DNA of 33,782 nt from Catajapyx aquilonaris (Eukaryota): assembly GCA_000934665.2 (NCBI GenBank), contig JYFJ02004222.1:1-33782 (forward strand), read 5' to 3'. The position numbers were made by a program, and so were the translations under genes. How positions within the stretch are numbered: the first letter of the stretch is position 1; each line of letters begins with the position of its first letter. This document shows positions 11,944-24,670 of this stretch, in pieces. Under the pieces are notes generated by a model. It saw only the letters and a program-made list of their open reading frames with translations, was not told the origin of the DNA and ran no database searches.

Positions 11944-14039
11944 ACAGAAAACTCTGCTTTCACAATGCAAGCAAGTTAAATGGTACCTCACGGCTCCCAT
12001 CCCAGGCACTCAACAAGGCGAGCGGCGTGATGGACATCCCTTTGGAGAGAGTCTAGCAGAGGAGAGGAGACCGAACCGTGATGTCCATTGCGCATCTTTA
12101 CCACAAATACATCCGACGAGTCTTGCAGACCCTCACTGGAACAGTACCCAGTGATGTCATGCGGCAACAAACGCATCAGAACGTCACCTTCTCTTAAAGA
12201 ACACCTGGCACTGCCTCTTACTAAATTAAAATAAACCTGTTATTACTCACATATTTGCAGGAAAAATACTCCATTGCAACAGTATCACAGACCGAACGGA
12301 TTCTAAGCAGGCAGCCTGGCGAAACCATCATGAACGCATACCGCCTTTATCAATCAGTCCAAGCATCATCCTAGGTTATTTATATTTTATCAATATATGT
12401 ACGATGCATCTTGTGCAGTAATAAAGTGTTGCGTCGGGGTTAACGGAGAACAACAAAATCTTATACGTATAGTGTTCATTAAAAACAATCATCATAATGA
12501 GTTCGTTGACCATATTTTTATCGCCTCATTGCTATTCGCAAACCATGGAGAACCGATAACATGGCCACAGTCAGTATCCGAAGTACTGGTTACTCAAGGG
12601 CGCGATTTCAGGCACGCCTGCCAGTGCACCAGATCTAATGAATAGTGTCTTCAGACAATGCAAAAGGATCTCAAATGGAGCCCACTCTGGACACATTTCG
12701 CAATCCTGATTGTCCTGGAAAACACCAAAGAACTCAAGGAGGACATATGCGACAGAGCGACAAGTACATATTTGTGAACATAAAAATGTAGGCGTACAAA
12801 TTGTGACTGTAAATATTATCCATCCATATAACACCGTTACCGTCCAGCTCCCTACCGCTCCCTCCGACCCGGATGAGCCTCCTCCTCCGACCACGGATCC
12901 CACCTCGCTGGGGCTCCCCTGCCTTGAGGCAGAGCCTGATGAGGAGCAGACAGAATTTTCCACATCAGAGGATGAGGTTATTATGGCAAGGCCTAGTTTG
13001 ACCAGGTTTGGAAGACTTTCGCCCTGGGTGTGGCCTCGGCGCTGGACACATCTTCTCTTTCTTCGAACACTTGTAAGAAATGAGAAGGAAGATTGAAGAG
13101 AAAGGACGCCACAACGACAGTTAGAGTAGTTAAGAGTGGCCAGCCCCTCCAATCGGGGAAGAAAATAACCTCCAGTCTCCATAAGAGATACTGTACAAGT
13201 GGAGGAGACAAAGGTGTAAACATGGCAGACATCGCATCACCTGAGCAGAATTTGACAATATTTTGCAAGGGTGACTTACGCTCGTAATACTGAGTTAGAG
13301 GTTGGGCGAACGAAGGACTGGGTCTGATTGCAGGGTGTACAGTGCTGGTATGACTACCACAGGGTTTACCGTTTTGACTTCATCATGATGCCTAACCATA
13401 CAAATGCCAAAGACTGAAGTACTTTTCGAAAGTCAACAAAAAAGCCAGAGAAAATCTGAATACCTTCAACAATCTGTCCACAAAGAATGTGCAGGATCAC
13501 ATTCTGATATATAACTTCATGTGGCCCTTCCTCCTCAGACGGTGTGCTTCCCGTCACGAACAAAGCAATAAGCAAGAGTAAGGAAATGGCCACGGAAAGC
13601 GCACATTGTTGAGTAATTTGCAGAGATTGTAACTGCTTAAAGACAACTACTTTTGTTACTTACTATTAATAATAACTTGATTTTATAACTTACCGTTGCT
13701 GCCAACATTCTTCCACGATTGTACCTGCGTTCCACCACAACTTCAGTTTCTCAACACGGATAATTCGCAATTTATTATTGATTATCCAGAGGCCTGACAC
13801 TTCCAAAGATGAGAGGGACACCATAAGCCGTGGAAGAGGACGAACGCGTGGATGAACCAGCAGCAGAGATTACAACAACTACAGCCATGGGACCGAATGA
13901 AGTGCAGCAACCTAATTCATCCATAACAATTGTCGACGTTAAGGAGGACATGACCAACTCGTTGATATGACCTCAGACGCCGTGATGGAGGCCTAGGGCT
14001 TGAGGACGCCAAACAGACCTCAACGCAAGAGGCGACCTC

Positions 14040-14400
14040 CTATACGATATGAGGATTATTTCTGCTTCAACAAAATTTTCATACGCAGTGGCGGACTTTA
14101 AGACAAGAGCGAAACAAGCTATAGGAAGCCTGTGGCCACTACTACGGAATTTGACTGCTGTAATGAGGCTATTTGTGTCCACAGTTGTACCTACCCTGCA
14201 GTACGGATTTCCAGTGTGGGCTCTTGCTCACATAAGTGAACTGGAAAAAATTGAATCATTATTTTTAAGGAAGTACCTGGCTCACCCCTTTGACGCATCG
14301 TCAAGTTTTATAAGGGTAGAAACAGGGGTTCAGAGGCTTGAAATCAAACTAGTTAAGCAAGTTATTAAGTTCGTGAACAATTATGTGATTTATAGCCTAC
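14040..14400 (+). pseudogene. Non-LTR retrotransposon ORF2 post-RT region fragment
   Basis: RAKQAIG..MRLFVSTVVPTLQYGFPVW...ELEKIESLFLRKYL..P......IRVETG, the conserved PxLxYGxxVW region downstream of LINE RT. Confidence 0.8.
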
Positions 14401-14765
14401 CCATCTCTGATTTAACTGATCAGTGATCATATTGGTCAAATGGTACAATCACACTATATTAATTCGGATTCACAAAATCTTGGGTCTTCCTCAATTTTGT
14501 AACACTGCAAATTATCTGGGTTGTTGCAATGGGTCCCAAAGTCAACCTATGTTTGAATAGGGAACAATCCAGGCCTGGAGAGCCTTATTCCTCTTCAGAA
14601 ACGACAACTGTCAGCAGCGTTTGACTAATTCAGGGAAATATTTCTCTCCTCCTCAGCCCAACTGTCAGTCTGCGACTGTCAGTCGCAGTATGCTCTGTTG
14701 TTTTCCCTGTCTCGGATTGAGGCATGTGGGACCTGGGACGTCGCAGTACCACATCTCCTCCTCAG

Positions 14766-14915
14766 CACGTGCAGCAAGAACAGGCCCTGTGGCAGCTGCA
14801 GCAGAAGCTGCGGCAGGACCTGCAGCAGGGGCAGGAGTGGGAGCTGGTGGAGCTGGTGCAGCTGGTGCAGCTGCATAAGCAACAGCAGCAGCTAAAACAG
14901 CAGCAGCAGGAGAAA
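14766..14915 (+). other. Putative Gln-rich exon / CAG-GCT low-complexity tract
   Basis: ctcctcctcag acceptor and gtaagt donor enclose exactly 150 nt encoding HVQQEQALWQLQQKLRQ...QQQQEK. Confidence 0.35.
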
Positions 14916-15199
14916 GTAAGTACAATCATGTTCACTTGGGAAAGTGACACTGCTGGGAACACCATTTGAGTCATTGGAAATGAAAACAGATGACTGGCAG
15001 TGACTTAACCACATATCAAATTCAGTTTGCCCTGCTCTTGAACACTTGAATGGGAGGAAAAGGGATAGGAATCAGTTGGGGACCGAGTCGTCTACTATAC
15101 GTATTTAAAAGCAACAGAATTCGCCTGAAAGGATAAATATGCAATGATGAGACCACCCTCATGATTTATTTTTTGGAGGGTTAGGATATTTTCATCTGT

Positions 15200-15540
15200 A
15201 AAATTTCTGGATTTGGCCTTTGACGAGAAGGTGAATAAAGGGTCATTACTATTCATTGCAGGGGACAATCTTGGTAGCCATTGTGTGGGAGGTCTTCAGG
15301 AAAACTTTTCCACAGTGCAGTATTTTTGTCGCTTTTGTTTATTTACTAGAGACCACTTTCATGCATGTCCCATCCAAGAGTGCTGTACGAACCAGAGATG
15401 CGCATGATGAAGCTGTGTCAAGTGCGGAGAGCGAATAAAATAGAGAAGCATCAGTGGAAGGAGTTAAATTCAAGTCCATTTTCAACGAGTTGCAGGCATA
15501 CTATTTGTGTGACCCTGGTCTTCCACCATGTTTAAATGTG
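15200..15540 (+). pseudogene. CACTA/EnSpm (CMC) transposase fragment, family 1
   Basis: GSLLFIAGDNLGSHCVGGLQENFSTVQYFCRFC...GVKFKSIFNEL..Y.CDPGLPPCL, typical of animal EnSpm transposases. Confidence 0.8.
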
Positions 15541-16879
15541 TTTTTAGTCACACAGAATAGTGGCCTCACCACCAGGGGCGGACACTCCAGCAGCCTCCAA
15601 CCCAGCCACCGCCATGCAGGTCACCGCTGCGGCCGTGGCGGAGGCCTTAGAAGCCGCCATGGCTGCCCTCACCTCTCAGGTGAGGTTGACATGTTAAGGG
15701 TGCTGCCAAAATGACACTTTTGGCACAAGTAAAACTGCTTTGTAAAAGATTCATGAGCGTATGTCTGTGTAAGATATGTACAGGATGGTGGTGCAAAAGA
15801 TGCGCAGTCCTCTCAGATAAGATTCCTTGACATATTATGCGCGAAAAATTACTCAGGTTGAATTTGTTGGGAGTTCGTAATCGGGGTAATAGAAATTTCA
15901 AAGGGTTCATATGAACACATGGAGTAGCACTATAAGCCACTCTAATAGGAGTGGCTAATTATTGTTAACTTGAAACACCCTCACATCAATTTAGATAACT
16001 TGGGATTGAGTTAACTATTCCGACGAACAAATTTTCTGCTTAGATCGAGATTGATTTTGAGCAGACTAGTCACATCTCATAATAATGCGTTTGTAGGCTC
16101 AATCTGCCTCTGCCTTCCCCTCCCAATCCACTGCTGCAGCCGCCCCCACAGTGGAGTCCACCAGGGTAGTGGGCGTCTCTTCCGCATCTGTAAAGATGCC
16201 CTCCGAGGTGAGTTTCTCATTGACGCGTAGAGGGTGTTGGCACAATGGCACTGTCGCCTAAAGTAAAACGGCTCCGTGAATAAAATGTTGAAGTCTCGTT
16301 ACACATGACAGGCAATTCCTCCATGAGGGACCTGTGATTGGCGAAGGTCTACCACAATCGGAAGGGATCTCAAGATTAGTAGGATAATATGGCCACAAAG
16401 AAAAAAGAGGATGGCAGACAATTTACGGGACATCAAGCATGGTCCTAGGAGTGTCCGGAAGTAATTATAAGGCGCAGTGTCCATGGGCAATTACCCAGGG
16501 GTTTTGACTGTCAAGGGCCCCTTTCAACCAGCTGGCAACGCGGACTTGCAGAGACTGCACGCCCATCGTCCAGGGCCGTCGTCGACGTCGGGACGTGACA
16601 GATGCATTCCAGAATAAGAGTGCTGGTCATGAGCCAAGAGGGGACATTTCTCATCATCCAGAACCTTCCTTGACTGCATTGCCACCAAGCACTACAGCAG
16701 ACAATTTTGTAAAAACTGAATATTAAAAGGCTTTCTGGCCTGGCTGTCGTACGTCAATATGACTTTATGAAAGTAAAAATCAACACCAGAATATGTTACA
16801 AATGAGAAATTATTCAGTGAAATTCCGGAAGTAAGTACTTCTTCCGCACTAGCTGAAGAACATTGATAGTCTTTGAAAG

Positions 16880-18080
16880 AGAATTGTCATTGTAAAATGT
16901 GAGGCCTGCGAGGTGATCTCGAGGAGCTAATAATCATGTAGAGGTCACGTGGTTACACTGTCCAAAAATCAGTACAGCTGGTGTGGAAAGTTTGGAAAAG
17001 AAAGCCAAGTATTGTGGGGGTCTTCGTCCTTGTGGCTTCATGTTTATCTGAATTGGAGGGGAAGATGATGTGCATCACCTAAGGACAACTCCATTAACTC
17101 AATTGAAACTCGGCCTTGTAAGCCAGGTACCACTAGAATGATTATATGCACCTTGTATGTCTTGGGTGTCATGCGCACGCACATTGTTGAAAGTGTGAGT
17201 TCGTGGATATCTTGGAAGAGAGTACCTTTCCGCTCATGATATTTCATTAATTTCAATCGTCTGGAAGGTATAGGTTCATACATTCCTAAAGAATTCATAC
17301 GAAAGCCCAGATCCCACGAATGCCTTCATTATCGGAAAGGAACTGACTAGTGAGTGTCGTTCCTTCCTGTTGTATTATGGACAATTATGTATTGCATGGC
17401 ATTTTACCACATAAGCACTATTGTCATTTCTTGCTGTTACAGTGTGCCATTTTTATTTTATGTAGCTATCGAGTACTTTATTCACCTTGGTTGTCTTTTC
17501 CAAAGAACGTACTTTTCAAATTTGTTGAAAGAACTCCAGATATGTATGCCAAGGAACTGCTGGGATATAATTTTCAAAACTTGTTGCACATCGTTGATGA
17601 TGGAAAACTTGGATCAGTCTGCTGCATTTCCATTCGAAAATTTCACGCAAGAGATGTTGAAAATGGCAAGGGGGCCCAACAGGGTTTTACACCAAGTGAG
17701 TAAGCGTTTATCTGAACTGCATGGAAATAATGCATCCCAAGAAAATGCAGGGCTTGCAAAGATGCAGAACAAAGCATATGGAAATAGAGGCTCAAACTTC
17801 CTTACTGCTTTGGGACAGTCTGAATATGAACTGTGTTGTCAGTACCAAAGAAGGAAATAATTGCTTTGTGGTTAGATCAGGAGAGATTGTGAAAGTTGCA
17901 AGAATATGTGAGAAAAGCAGCGGTAAAATAGATATTCAGTACAGGAAAGCAGAGGAGAGATGTAGCATGTATGAATATCCATGGGACAGTACATATGAAT
18001 TTGGGTATTTGTAAAATAGTTAAATTCCGTGCATCTCTCTTTTCTTCCGGCATGGAACACCTACGAAGAAAGTGTGCATT
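16880..18080 (+). pseudogene. CACTA/EnSpm transposase, family 2, heavily frameshifted
   Basis: TPLTQLKLGLVSQVPL / DYMHLVCLG (17140); IPKEFIRKPRS; HFLLLQCAIFIL; YNFQNLLHIVDD; LDQSAAFPFENF...VLHQVSKRLSE; NNCFVV; YEYPWDS. Confidence 0.88.
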
Positions 18081-19597
18081 AATTCCTGTGTTGCCGGCAA
18101 CTGCTGGAAAATACAAGATATATATGCACCCCTTTTTGTACCATGCACCCCCAACATTAAAGATGTTAATAGTATTAGAAGGATGCAAATAGTTTCATTT
18201 CACAATGATTCGCACAAGTTGTCAAAATGAAAGTACCGTAATTACAAGGTAGGCCAAATGTGAGGTCAACGACGTATTGCCAATGGTTAGCGAGCAACAT
18301 TGTGCCAACGTTGACAAGGGCGACAATTTTCTAAATGAATATTGCGTCTACAAAAGCGCCAATCAACCAACGGCTGTATAGTCATACACCAAGTCATACC
18401 CATCATGTAATCATAACAGTAGGCTGTAGGGCTTTTTTATGCAAAAATAAAACTGGAACGAGCTACCCAGTCATTCGCTGCAAGAAGTGAGCAGCTAAAA
18501 TGCCAGCCTGGTGATAAAGAGAAACAGCTTCTATTTGCATGATCCAGTGCACTCTGCTTGTTGAATCAAACCGCTGCTGTTGATGCAAAGGTATTCCATG
18601 GACATAGTGACATGCAGGCCCCTACAGTGGTCAACATCCTCAAAAGAAAGAAGGACAATCATGACTTCGCCATGATGGAGGTCAGATGCAACAAAACTCT
18701 ATCAGAGCTCTCGAGGCGAAAAAGAAGGACATACATGCCATGATGCCATTTCTTCATCCAGTGGTCCAGATTCTCATCCTGGAAGTTCCATTGGCATCTG
18801 TTCCTGCGCAAAATACAGGAAGAAGTCGCAGAAGTTGCCTCAGCCGTAGCACCTACGGTAAAATGTTCATGTGTGATATTTTCATTTTTCAATGACAATT
18901 TGATGAACTATACCATACGTTCACTCTTTTGCAAATAGGGTATATATTTTTTTCCTTTTTCACATGCATATCGTAGAAGCAATTTGCATTGTATTGTAAA
19001 GATTTAACCATAAATAAAGCACTCCCAAATGTTATTCCGGGGCCTGAGGGAGCTTAGTGAAGGACTAACGCGACGAAATGTTTTATCAGGTATTTCTGAA
19101 CTCCCACCAAATAAGACGTGCACAGTTAGCTTCTATGCCGATGCAGGTCATACACCAGATTTATCTTCTTTTTTTTTTACACTCGCAGGGCACTTAAGTT
19201 TTGTAACATTGAATTGTAAATCTCAGGAAACAACTGCATGTAAACTACGGAAGGTGGTGAAATGTAAAATGTATGTAAGGAATCTCTGAAAATACCGTAA
19301 GGTGCTCAGGGAAAATAAATATATCCAACAATTCTGTGGGGGCGTCAGCTCTTCTTCTCCTGTACCCGGACAGACAGGGGAGGAAGGATGAATTCAACCA
19401 ACAGGTGATATATCATCCGTCTCCCGACGAGACATCCTCTGTCTCCAGCAGGCGTGAAGCTGTGCAGGCATGCTGGAAGGCATTCGTGTACATAGCGTCC
19501 GGCTCCAGACGAGACTCATAGGGCAACATCTTTTTTTCTTGTTCTCTTTCGTTTACGCAGTAACTTGGCAAACAAAAAATAACCCCAAACAAAAAGA

Positions 19598-20783
19598 GAG
19601 ATCTTGATGTTTTTGTGTATGCGTATGGCATATTCTCATAGTAATACACGAAAAGACCCGGCATGAACTGTGCACAAATATCCATATTGGGTGATTTTAA
19701 AATAATAATTGGGACATGTATGGCTTGGGACATGTATGGCATGGAACGCCTGTTGAGTTGTTTTGTCATACTCTCTCTGGAAGCCACACATGTGAACATG
19801 TCGGTACCAAAGGCTCTCAGATCTAGATTCCTTGAGATCTTCTCTGCGCAATATTACCCAGGTTAAGTTTGATGACTGAGGGTCTGGTGATGCCGATTAG
19901 TTATAATTTGAAACTTTGTGACATCATTGCCAGTCTGCCCTGGCTTGATTCCTGGAGTGAGAGGGAAAGGGAAAGGAATATATGTTTAGGACCATGCCTT
20001 TATTCTAAAGCCATAAATATGCAATGATAACATCGTCCCATTACTTATTATTGATGACACCGGATGGTTAGGAGTGTTTTCATCTGCACAATTTATTCCT
20101 TGACAAGGGCCTCCAAATGATTCAGAAATATTAAGGTCTTTGGGACGAATCCCAGTGGCTTCTATTCATCCTAATGGAATTTTTTAATTGTTTTCAGGAC
20201 ACTTTTTTCAAACATGCTTGATGGGGCCCCCTGTCCTCCTCTTCCTCAGTTGCTACCCAGACCAGCCCGTCCAGCAGTGAGAGTATCTCATTGTCATTGA
20301 CTCGTAAAGGGAGAAGCCAAAATGGCACTTTCGCCATATAAACGGCTTTGTGAAAGATCCATCAGTGTATGTCGACGTATGATATGTACAGTACCGAGCG
20401 GAAGGTGTAGCTGGCACTTGGACCGTGAACATGGAATATTGCCTAAAGCTGCTGAGGCATGGGGTGGTGGGGAAGGTGAGAACTTGTGGTCAGAGATACA
20501 TTCCTTGAGACATTATGTGGGGAAAAATTACTCTGTTGAGTTTGTTGGCTCTACAACTATCTTGCAAGTAGCTGGGACTGCTTCAGAAGCTGATGCTGTT
20601 CCACCAGGTAGATATATTCACAGGGTCCAATTTTTGAGGTGAAGATTAATCCCGAGTAATATATGTGCAGCATGCAGTTGTGAACATATTTGCATGATAT
20701 GAACGTCTACAGGTGTAACTCAAAGTGAATAAGAAGCTGGACGCAGTCCTGTCACAGCAGCAACTTATTATCAACCATCTAGT
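19598..20783 (+). repeat. Copy 1 of a ~1.2-kb segmental duplication (DUF4806-like CACTA accessory gene remnant)
   Basis: Aligns collinearly to 21652-22864 with substitutions and indels. Confidence 0.93.
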
Positions 20784-20977
20784 CTATCTATATACCATTT
20801 TTTCACGCTGAATAGCAAATGCCGCTACATAAATATTCCTCGAATATGAATAGTGTATGTAAGGTTCTTTACAATCATGACTTCATGCTAAACCAGCCAT
20901 AGCAGGTTTTTCCCCCGAAGGTATAGGCTCTATACTCTATAGTATGTCTCTCTAATTTGCATATAATTATGCTTCAG

Positions 20978-21245
20978 AAGTTGAAAAGAAGGCAAACTGC
21001 CTTTCACCACCTGGCAGCAGAAGATAAAAATAAGGCGGAGCAGATCCTGAAAAAGGAATTTATATCAAGTGAGGAGAGTGATGAGGAAGCAGACGAAGGC
21101 GGGAGTAAGAAAAAAATCTTCCTCATAAAGAAATTGTCCTGGTTGCGGACAAAAGCCAGGAACATCTTCAAGAAACTGGACGACAAGTATGAGGAGAAGA
21201 GTTCCACTAAGCGGGGAAGGCAACTGATGGTTATGAATACCTCAA
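20978..21245 (+). pseudogene. C14orf93-like / transposon accessory ORF exon
   Basis: After the acceptor ttatgcttcag: KLKRRQ...ILKKEFISSEESD...IFLIKKLSWLRTKARNIFKKLD (MSSEES..L.W.....F..LD pattern of TE accessory proteins). Confidence 0.5.
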
Positions 21246-21373
21246 CAGTCTATCCACAAAGGATGTGCAGGATTTCCACATTTCTGGACTAATTTCCTTT
21301 ATCCCTGTCCATCGACTACGTCCGGCGAATAAGCTACTGCTACAGGAACCACCGTCACATTCTGATATGGAAA

Positions 21374-21555
21374 ATGAAGGAGCTGGCATTCAGCCCTCTC
21401 TATGCCAATCAGCCACAGATCAAAGGATCCAAGAACCGGGACCTGCTGAAGTTAATCCAATCTTTGCAGGATCAACGTAATGTGGTGTTCCACACACAGC
21501 TGGTGGCGGAGAGTGTCGACAAGGATGAGGTGGAGGACGACGACAATGACTATGA
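21374..21555 (+). pseudogene. Sola-like transposase C-terminal fragment
   Basis: FSPLYANQPQIKGSKNRDLLKLIQSL....VFHTQL plus an acidic tail resembles the L.PLY....I...K..DL..L.......FY..L C-terminus of Sola transposases. Confidence 0.45.
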
Positions 21556-21599
21556 TGCAGAAACATCATGAAGCACTATATGGTCTTGAAATCAATAAC

Positions 21600-22970
21600 A
21601 TTCATTATGCAGAGAGAAACATTTTCAGGAAAAACTGCCTAGTTCCCAAATGGAGATATTGATGTTCGGGTGTAGGGCATATTCTCATAGTACTCCACGA
21701 AAAGACCCGGCATGAACTGTGCGCAAATTGCCATATTGGGTGATTTTTTAATAATAATTGGCACATGTATGGCATGGAACGCCTGTTGACAAGTTGGTTT
21801 GTCATGCTCTCTTTGGAAGCCACACATGTGAACATGTCGGTACCAAAGGCTCTCAGATCTAGATTCCTTGAGATCTTCTCTGCGCAATATTACCCAGGTT
21901 AAGTTTGATGACTGAGGGTCTGGTGATGCCGATTAGTTATAATTTGAAACTTTGTGACATCATTGCCAGTCTGCCCTGGCTTGACTCCTGGAGTGAGAGG
22001 GAAAGGGAAAGGAATGTTTGTTTAAGACCACGTCTTCTATTCTACTGACAGTTTCTTTTGCAAGTCTAAAGGGATAAATTTGCAATGATATCTTCCCATG
22101 ACTTATTATTGATGACTCTGGATGGTTAGGAGTGTTTTCATCTGCACAATTTATTCCTTGACAAGGGCCTCCAAATGATTCAAAAATATTAAGGGCTTTG
22201 GGACGAATCCCAGTGGCTTCTATTCATCCTAATGGTATTTTAATTGTTTTCAGGAACCCTTTTTCCGCCACGCATGATGGGGCACCCTCTCCTCCTTCTC
22301 CTCAGCTGCCAGGCCGACGAGCAGCGTGAGTATCTCATTGTCATTGACTTGTAAAGGGCGAAGCCAAAATGGCACTTTCGCCATATAAACGGCTTTGTGA
22401 AATATCCCTGAGTGTATGTTTATGTATTATATGTACAGTACCGAGCGGAAGGTGTAGGTAGGCACTTGGACCCTGCACATAGAATATTTGCCTAAAGCTG
22501 CTGAGGCATGGGATGGTGGGGAAGGCGAGAACCTGCTGTTAAGAGCTACATTCCTTGAGAGATTATGCGGAGAAAAATATTACTCTGGTCGAGTATGTTG
22601 CCTCTATAACTATCTTCTTCTTGCAAGTAGCGGGGACTGCTTCAGAAGCTAATGCTGTTCCACCAGGTAGATATATTCACAGGGTCTAATTTTTGAGGTG
22701 AAGATTAATCCCGAGTAATATATGTTCAGCATGCAGTTGTGAACATATTTGCATGATATGAACGTCTACAGGTGTACATCGCATCATGCTGGAGAAATTA
22801 GGAAAGTGAATAAGAAGCTGGACGCAGTCCTGTCACAGCAGCAACTTATTATCAACCACCTAGTGAATGGTGAGGGTGCAGGAAAAGATAGTGATATGAC
22901 AGTAATGCCACTGCAAACACAGGATGACGTGAAAGAACTGGAAGAGTGGTTTCAGAGTGTGTTAAATCAC
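21600..22970 (+). pseudogene. DUF4806-like CACTA accessory gene remnant (contains duplication copy 2, 21652-22864)
   Basis: LVPKW and WHMYGMERLL N-terminal motifs; GT-AG intron-like sites (ccag|gttaagt, ttttcag|g, gc|gtgagta); KLDAVLSQQQLII..MPLQTQDDVKELEEWF. Confidence 0.6.
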
Positions 22971-24169
22971 GCACGCATCAACAGATGTGAAAGAAACAAT
23001 AGATCACTAATCAGACCTTCCTGCCATTACATGGAAAAGGAGGGACACCATATCATATTTGAAATACTTCCAGCAGGTTGACTCCTCTAGTATGCGATCA
23101 ATGCGACGAGTGACACGCGCCTTCAATCGGGGAAGAAGCGATGTCAAATACAATCGAGTCATCCTTGATACGAATAGCAATGTAAGAAAAATCAAGAAGG
23201 ACACAGAGCGAGACAGGGTTGCATGAGCGGATTGAATGTCAATAATGTCATTTCTGTTGACGTGTAAACCTGGTTGCCGTTACCAGTAGTAACACGATTA
23301 TTTCAGTGGACTACGCGACCTGATGCGACTGATGTGAAAGCGTTTTTAAATTTTCTTAAAAACTCATACTACTTTTAAATGAAGCACTATCCTGAGTTTT
23401 GAATGAAATCTGAGTCAGCTGAATCACTGACACAAGTCGGCGCCACAGTGGAGGCGAATGACACAGTGTGAGAGCCATGAGAGGTCCCTAATAATTCTTT
23501 GCAAAGATTGGACTTTGTTATACATAAAGCGTTATACTTATGAAATGCATAACACTTTGAATCTGTGACGCTTATTTAAAGAATATATAACTGTAAAAAG
23601 GTGGGAAAAAATGTGGAAAAGGTATATAACTGCATGCTTGTCTTAGTGACGAACACCCCTTTACAATATTCCCATTAACACAATATATCGCATAAATTGG
23701 TACTGAAGCAACTGGTAAGGATATACTCCGTAAATAGAAAGTAATGTAACGGAAGCGCAACTATAATTTCAGTGCACTCAGGATTCGTCTGACACTCTTA
23801 ATTACAATGTAGATCAAATCCCCAAGTATGGCCTCTTCAGCAGGCTTGAAGAGGGCTAATTCCATGCAGAAGTATACACCAGGATCAGATTTTAAATTAA
23901 ATCATATTTCTATGATATTATGGTATTTTCTGAAAGCTGATATTGTGTACGTGATGCCTACAAGGTGATCTTGAGGAGCTCATAATCATGTAGAGGTCAC
24001 GCGGTTACACTGTCCAAAAATCAGTACAGCAGGTGTCGAAAGTTTGGAAAATAATGCCACGCATTGTAGGGGACTGATTACTCCTCATTGAGGCTATTAT
24101 AGGTCAGTATTTGATATGCAAAAAATGAAACCTATTCGAGCATGCACTAATTTTCAGTTTCTTTTGATA

Positions 24170-24290
24170 GGTGCTGTACAACAAAAGAAGGTTGCTGCAG
24201 AAAATACCAAATCGGACACTGTGGAAGTTGTAAAAAGGTGGTTCTGCTTTGTTAAAGACAGGGATGACCAGCGGCGGCATCCTCACTCAG
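24170..24290 (+). pseudogene. DUF4806-like protein last exon
   Basis: Acceptor ttcttttgatag, then AVQQKK....TKSDTVEVVKRWFCFVKDRDDQR (AV...T..EV...I..W...A.DR.GGR pattern). Confidence 0.6.
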
Positions 24291-24339
24291 CTGGCAAAGA
24301 GGCCCCGAACAAGTCATGTCCATAAGGAGATGCGGTATG

Positions 24340-24670
24340 CCGTTCCTCAACAAGAACGGAACAGCGTCATGTTCAACAAGAAGTGCTCAGATTGTGGAGT
24401 GAAGCTGGGATAATGAGTTGTGCTCCACAACATGTGTCTTCGCAGGTATACATTTGGATCGAAAGGAACAATCAGGGGTCACCCTTTGTGATGATCCAGA
24501 AGTAACTGTACATGTAAGACAGACAGTGGAGGATGACAGAGAACTCAATGAGTCTGCTGGCAACAGTGAATGTCATACTGAAATATCTCCCACGCCTTTG
24601 TCAGTGCATGCTGACTTGTCCAATTGGGCCAAAAATTATAACTTAAGTCTTATTTTGCAACCACACATTC
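24340..24670 (+). pseudogene. CACTA/EnSpm transposase N-terminal fragment
   Basis: Acidic leader, then DLSNWAKNYNLS..ILQPH (L..WA...NI....LL.IL..H motif, internally deleted), directly after the DUF4806-like exon. Confidence 0.55.

Larger units (their letters stand above)
16905..24070 (+). repeat. Dispersed duplication of ~110 bp of the CACTA transposase (about 16905-17020 and 23955-24070)
   Basis: aggtgatct.gaggagct.ataatcatgtagaggtcacg.ggttacactgtccaaaaatcagtacagc.ggtgt.gaaagtttggaaaa at both sites. Confidence 0.9.

Noticed and set aside
12571..13182. 203-aa minus-strand ORF as a real gene
   Set aside because: Low-complexity antisense-type composition with no recognisable domain.
14762..14974. 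Cys-rich metallothionein-like ORF on the minus strand, and the CS-rich + frame
   Set aside because: These are alternative-frame readings of a CAG/GCT low-complexity tract, with no independent support.
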